Origin: Chrysomallon squamiferum
Lineage: Eukaryota; Animalia; Mollusca
Reading direction: 5' to 3'
NCBI GenBank assembly: GCA_012295275.1
Contig: CM022669.1
Span: forward strand, 5,952,001-6,016,000
Length of the DNA: 64,000 nt
Within the stretch, counting starts at the first letter, position 1; each line of letters begins with the position of its first letter. A program made the translations under genes and the position numbers. The notes under the pieces are model-generated. The model searched no databases, was not told the DNA's origin, and saw only the letters and a program-made list of their open reading frames with translations. Below, one piece after another: positions 58,401 to 64,000 of this stretch.

Positions 58401-58979
58401 GTTCCATCTGCAAATGTTGTCGAACTTTTAGTTCCAGTCCGACTTTTCTCTGCACCACCGATTCTGTTGCTGTTGCTCCAGCTCTGGCCAAAACTGAACC
58501 TCCAATGCGAATTATGTCGAGGCTTAAATGATCTTCATTAGTTCGTGAAATAAATTATTTTAAAAATCAGTATTCATGATAATGGAAATTTACAGAATAC
58601 AATACCACGACGGATGTCATTAAAGGTTATTTCGCTTTGCTCCATATTGATTTCACTTAGTCCCGAATATCTGTGGAAAATTTGAATCCTGTTCAGTTTT
58701 CTAATTTCATATCTTCCAATAAAGACGTTCATTAGATAAGCACTGTTTGTTCATTTTGTAATTACAAGTACTAAGCGAAAGAATGACAAGCAAAAGACTG
58801 CAGTTGCCTTGCTATTTCTCAGACTTTTCAAGAAATAAATAAAATAAAAAATAACATAAAAAGGCATTCTATTCGAAGAATCGGTTTATGTACACCTGTA
58901 TTTTTTAAAGAAAGCTGTTGCTACTGAAATTGAAAATGTTTTTACATCTACTGTCTATCATAATAAGCAGAATTACACA

Positions 58980-59066
<87 letters not shown>

Positions 59067-59247
59067 GAAGTAATTATAAAACCAATTTTTACCATTAGCA
59101 TATATAAATAAACAGTTATTAGATATCAATAATTAGATATCATTACTGTTACAAATTTTTCAACATACCATAATCTGCAGACATCTGCATTTGAAACTGA
59201 ATAAATATCCAAATCAGAATAACGAAATATGTCCAGACCGAAGCCAT
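50500..59247 (-). CDS. R0: 5' part of a diverged paralog of R1, truncated by the gap
   Basis: SP 59169-59247 (MASVWTYFVILIWIFIQFQMQMSADY); EGF exons 55965-56108, 55575-55721, 51476-51622, 50500-50646; pseudoexons ~53440-53580 and ~50820-50935; introns colinear with R1. Confidence 0.8.
52840..53345 (+). pseudogene. Inverted EGF pseudoexons inside an R0 intron
   Basis: Equivalent to 37370-37880 (ORF 52924..53136 contains TCDIFAGSCMGPCEPEWKGVDCTRG). Confidence 0.8.
56631..58880 (+). mobile_element. Decayed pogo/Tigger-like transposon in R0 intron 1 (longer 3' portion retained)
   Basis: Same insertion site and peptides (LFIFDGHSTH); extends past the point where the R1/R2 copies end. Confidence 0.75.
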
Positions 59248-59443
59248 ATTTTTGTGATATTATGAGAAAGACAAACACACAAGGAAGTGACAGGGAGAAC
59301 AAAAACTGACAATGAGATATTTGTAACGAGTCAAGTAATTTGATGTTCTATTTTTAATTTAGTAACAAGAATTGTTTATTGTTTCATTTCCCGTGTTGTA
59401 CAGTTTGAAGAGCATCTGTCTCTCTGTTTGAGTGTGTGCTTCA

Positions 59444-59553
<110 letters not shown>

Positions 59554-60045
59554 TTATATATATACTGTGTACTGTACGAACTGCTATGTTACATATACTT
59601 GCAATCTGATGTTACATATTTACTAAATGATATATATGTGTATATATTCCAGGTGCTGGAGCCCGTTATTCGACAGCTTTTTATTTATTTCTGTTTTATA
59701 TGTGTGTGTGTGTGTATGTGGGTGTCAGTGTATATATATGTGTGTATATGAATGTACATATTTGTCTTTATGTGTGCATGTGTTTGTATATGTTGGTGTA
59801 TAGGTGAGTGTCTATTGGTGTGTTTGTGTTTGTATGTGTTTTTAGCGTCTGACTGATTGAATGACTGTTTGATTGCTAAATACTTGAACTGACGTCTAGT
59901 CTCCTACTAAGATGACCTATGTTAGAAAGATAAAAGTCTTGTTTGCTTAACCATCCCACCACTTTATTATTTCTTTCTTTTTTTAAATATCTAATATTAA
60001 GTATAAATCGTTTCACTAAACAATCTTTCATAACAAAATATGAAA

Positions 60046-60330
60046 CAGTGGTTGGAATGTGAAATAACCCCAGCGAATGATTGACAGTTCGAGTCGTCTG
60101 TTCTTAATAGTTGTTGTTTGTTAGTACCGAGGTTCAAATGCACTTGACATATAAAATAGAGTTTAAAACGACTGGTGTAGTTACATACTTCCTGATTCAA
60201 CGACAGATAACACACCATACTTTACTGAGTGTCACTGGGTCACAGAGGTCAAATAATTGTCATTTAGTTCATTTACAACATTTACCTCTCACCACAGAGA
60301 CAAAGAATGAGTCGATTTGGAGAACATTGA
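60046..60330. promoter_or_regulatory. Upstream module, proximal to R0
   Basis: ETS, GATA, DR3 and RUNX motifs all retained. Confidence 0.5.
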
Positions 60331-62504
60331 TATAAAAAGAAGAAAAAGAAAGAACGGAAGAAGAATGATGGAAGGAAGGTTAGAAAGATATTTAATAAAT
60401 TATCACAAATCTTCTTCATGGCATTGTCATCATCATCATCATCATCTCACAATGATTAATAGCACAAAGCACATGGAAACTGCACATTTGAAACTGAATA
60501 TCTAAATATTGAATGAAGTTAAACATGTATTAACAACGACAACATCCAGATGAAAACAACAGTGATAATGACAATGTCGATTATGACAATTACGACAATG
60601 TCACTCTCACCATTAACAGTTTCTATTATGCGAACATTCATACCACAACAACAACTACTACTTCTGCTGCAGCTATTGTATTTATTACTACTACCACTTG
60701 TAGAACAACTACTACTGCAGCTATTTCTATTACATCTTTAACGACTACGATGTCTTATGCCATTATTACTACTACATATCCATTATTTCTACAAAAATTA
60801 TGAAAACTACTACTACCGCTACTACGACAACTGCTAAAACAGAAGGTAATAATAGTATAAAAACTAAAATTGGTGACTATCTAAACAATAATAAAATCTT
60901 TTTTTTTTCTGTTAGTATAGTTCATTGTTTTACGACAGTTTAGAATTTTAGACTGTGTGTGACCTTTGACCTCTGCTTGAGTGCTTCTCTTTTTTTTAAT
61001 AATAGTGAATGATATGGCATAGTAGAGGTATTATTATTATTATTATTAGTAGTAGTAGTAGTAAATAATGTTTTTTTACACTTACTAAATGTTCTGTTAT
61101 ATACTTTCTAAAAGAAGTGTTAAATATTTATAAACTCATATTAAATAAATGATGTGAGATGAACGACGTCCTCCTATATATTTACAAAACTGTCGGCGCT
61201 GTAAAAAAAAGAATCAACGACATATGTTATATGCTTAGGAACTGAAGATTATAATGATTGAATATAATATAATAAACTGCAGTAACATCCAGATACAGCT
61301 TCGCACGGGGACGATAAGTGGTAGTCTCAAAAACAGTTGTAAATGAATAAATAAATAAATAAATAAATAAACAAACAAACAAACAAATAAATACATTAAT
61401 CTGACAATCTACAGGAAATGGGTTTGATTGCAAGTGTTCAGAGAGAAGTGTCTATTTGTTCATCAGTTTTATGTTTGCTAACGCTTTATATGTACTTACG
61501 CTAAAAGCAACAATATAAGCGAACATTCCTATAAATAATTGATTGATTGATTGATTATGAATACTACTGATAATACTACAACTACACAACAGAAATTAAT
61601 AATATTATAAAAACCACAATTGGTCATTATGTAAAAAATAATAAAATCTTCATTTCTCTCCTGCCTGTTTGCAGCTAGTATTTGTTTTCTCTCTCTCTAT
61701 ATCTATATATGTATGTATCTATCTCTCTCTCTGTGTGTGTCTCTTTCTGATTTTTTATAAAAATGTAAACTTTTATGACTTGTTTAAAAAGTTCAGGATA
61801 CTATGATGAAATACTTTATTTGCTGAATTTTGTTATATACTGAAATTAAATGAATGTGATTATATGACTGATTGAAGAAATGATATGATTATGCATATAT
61901 TTGACTGATTGACCGATTTATGATTACATTGACTGACTGAAATGATATATGACTGACTGATTGATTGTGTGTATATGTACTGTATATCTGTGTGTGTGTG
62001 TGTGTGTGTGTGTCTTTGCTGACTCACTGCATTTAAAAATGTAACTCACTCACTTTTCAGACTTACTTTAAATAAAGTTCAATCATTAACTATGATGAAA
62101 TAAAGTATTTGCTGAATTCTGTTTTATTCAAAGTGTTTGAGCCCGTTATTTGACAGTCTTTTATTTATTTTATGACTGACTGACTGATTGATTGACTGAC
62201 TGATTGACTGATTGACTGATGGATTGATGATTGACTGATTGACTGATTGACTGATTGACTGATTGATTGGATGACTGACTGATTGACTGACTGACTGACT
62301 GACTTGTTGTCTGAGTGACTGATTGGTTGATTGGTTATTTTATTAATGATATGAAATAATAAGAAGAAATCCTTTTACACGGAGAGCAGAAAATCTTTTA
62401 TATTTCATTGTTACTATTATTATTATTATTACTTTTATTATTATTATCGTTTTTTATAGTTGTTTTTTGTTTGTTTGTTTGGGGTTATACGCAGATATAA
62501 AAAA

Positions 62505-62750
62505 CAGTGGTTGAAATGTGAAATAACCTCAGCGAATTTCTACAGAGCTGCAAGTCCACTTGAGATGTGTAATAGAAAGAGTTTAAAACGACTGGTGTAG
62601 TTACATACTTCCTGATTCAAATACAGATAACACACCCTACTTTACTGAGTATCACTGGGTCACAGAGGTCAAATACTTGTCATTTAGTTCATTCACAACA
62701 TGAACCTCTCACCACAGAGACAAAGAATAAGTCGTTCATTTGGAGAATAT
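62505..62750. promoter_or_regulatory. Upstream module, distal to R0
   Basis: ETS, GATA, DR3 and RUNX motifs all retained. Confidence 0.45.
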
Positions 62751-63254
62751 TGTCATGAAAATGAATAAAAAGAAAAAAAAGGAAAGAAAAAAGAAAAGAA
62801 AGATATCATTTAATAAATTATTATAAATCTTCTTCATGACATTGTTATTAGTATTATCATAATCATCATCATCAACACCATATCACCACTATGATTAATA
62901 ACACAAAGCGCATCCCTAATTGCAGCCATGTATATATGTTTGTATGTATATGTGTATGCATATATACATGAATTTTTCAGGAACACAATCCTCTCTCTCT
63001 CTCTTTCTCTTTCCTTCACTCACTCCTTCCCTCTCTGGGTATGTATGTATGTTTGTTCGTATGTATATATGTATGTATATATGCATGTAATATATGCTTG
63101 TATACACGAATTTTTCAGGAAGTAAACTCTCTTTCTCTCACCTGTTTATGTATGTATGACGTATATATATATTATGTATGTATGTATGTATATGTATGTA
63201 TGTATGTATGTATGTATGGATATGCATGTAGGATGTATGTGCATATGTATATGT

Positions 63255-63316
<62 letters not shown>

Positions 63317-63800
63317 CTGTAACCAGAAACATGAGACAGTTAATTACCTTGTAAAGAAATTTCCAATCGATTATTTTTTCTCTTACTGCAGTTCATTGTT
63401 TTACAAGAGTTTTGATGTTTTGTCAACAAATTACTTACGTTGTGACATGTCTGTTACTGTACAATTACAATGACTGTGACCTTTGAGTACTTCTCTTTTG
63501 TTTACAAAATTAGTTTTATTGTAAACAACGTTTAAGCAGCAATAATAGTGAGTATTATTATGGTATATTATTAGTAGTAGTAGTAGCAGTAGTAGTAGTA
63601 GTAGCATCAGCAGCATTAGTAGCAGTAGTAGTATCACTATTTATACTGATAATAATGATATTGTCATCGTCATCATCATACTGTTAGTAGTAGTAATTTT
63701 TACACTACTATATCATAACTTGTATGATATTGATGATAATGATGATATTTTTATCATCATTCTCATTCTCATTATTATTATTATTTTATTATTATTATTA

Positions 63801-63834
<34 letters not shown>

Positions 63835-64000
63835 GCAATTACTGCAAGTACTATTACTGTTGCTGCAATTACTGCAACTAGCACTACTAATACAACTACT
63901 GCTACTGCTCCTACTACCACCACTACTACGTCCTTACCACAATCACCATCACCACCACTCTGTTAATAATGTTAGTAAAAGTATAAATAATGTGACCTCT

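Noticed and set aside
62960-64000. Short ORFs at the right end of the window
   Set aside because: Di-, tri- and tetranucleotide repeats only; no coding signal.

Overview
AT-rich, microsatellite-dense animal genomic DNA (invertebrate, most plausibly a mollusc; inferred, not proven) with two 200-N gaps. Nearly all listed ORFs are low-complexity noise; the real genes are multi-exon and on the minus strand. I rebuilt them by hand from GT/AG sites and exon phase. The window is a tandem array of EGF-repeat cell-surface receptor genes. R1 (44579->18769) is a complete receptor protein tyrosine phosphatase of about 1500 aa: signal peptide, about 17 symmetric phase-1 exons each encoding one 8-Cys MEGF10/SCARF-like EGF repeat, a TM helix, an intact D1 (KNKY, WPDHG, HCSAGIGRTG) and a dead D2. 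R0 (59247->gap) and R2 (6257->window edge) are partial paralogs. Between R1 and R2 lies a short sister gene S (16052->~11924) with a paralogous signal peptide and related EGF cassettes but only a hydrophobic anchor exon and no phosphatase. R+S recur with a period of about 38.3 kb, which suggests a paired receptor/decoy system. Other notable features: paralogous EGF exons with mostly replacement changes next to an invariant one; exon gain, loss and inversion; a 53-bp minisatellite that copies the last ectodomain splice acceptor six times; a 7-copy upstream ETS/GATA/DR3 module; and a pogo-like fossil in intron 1 of every R copy. Homopolymer indels and contig ends mean some frameshifts, and possibly the R1/R2 duplication, may be assembly artefacts.
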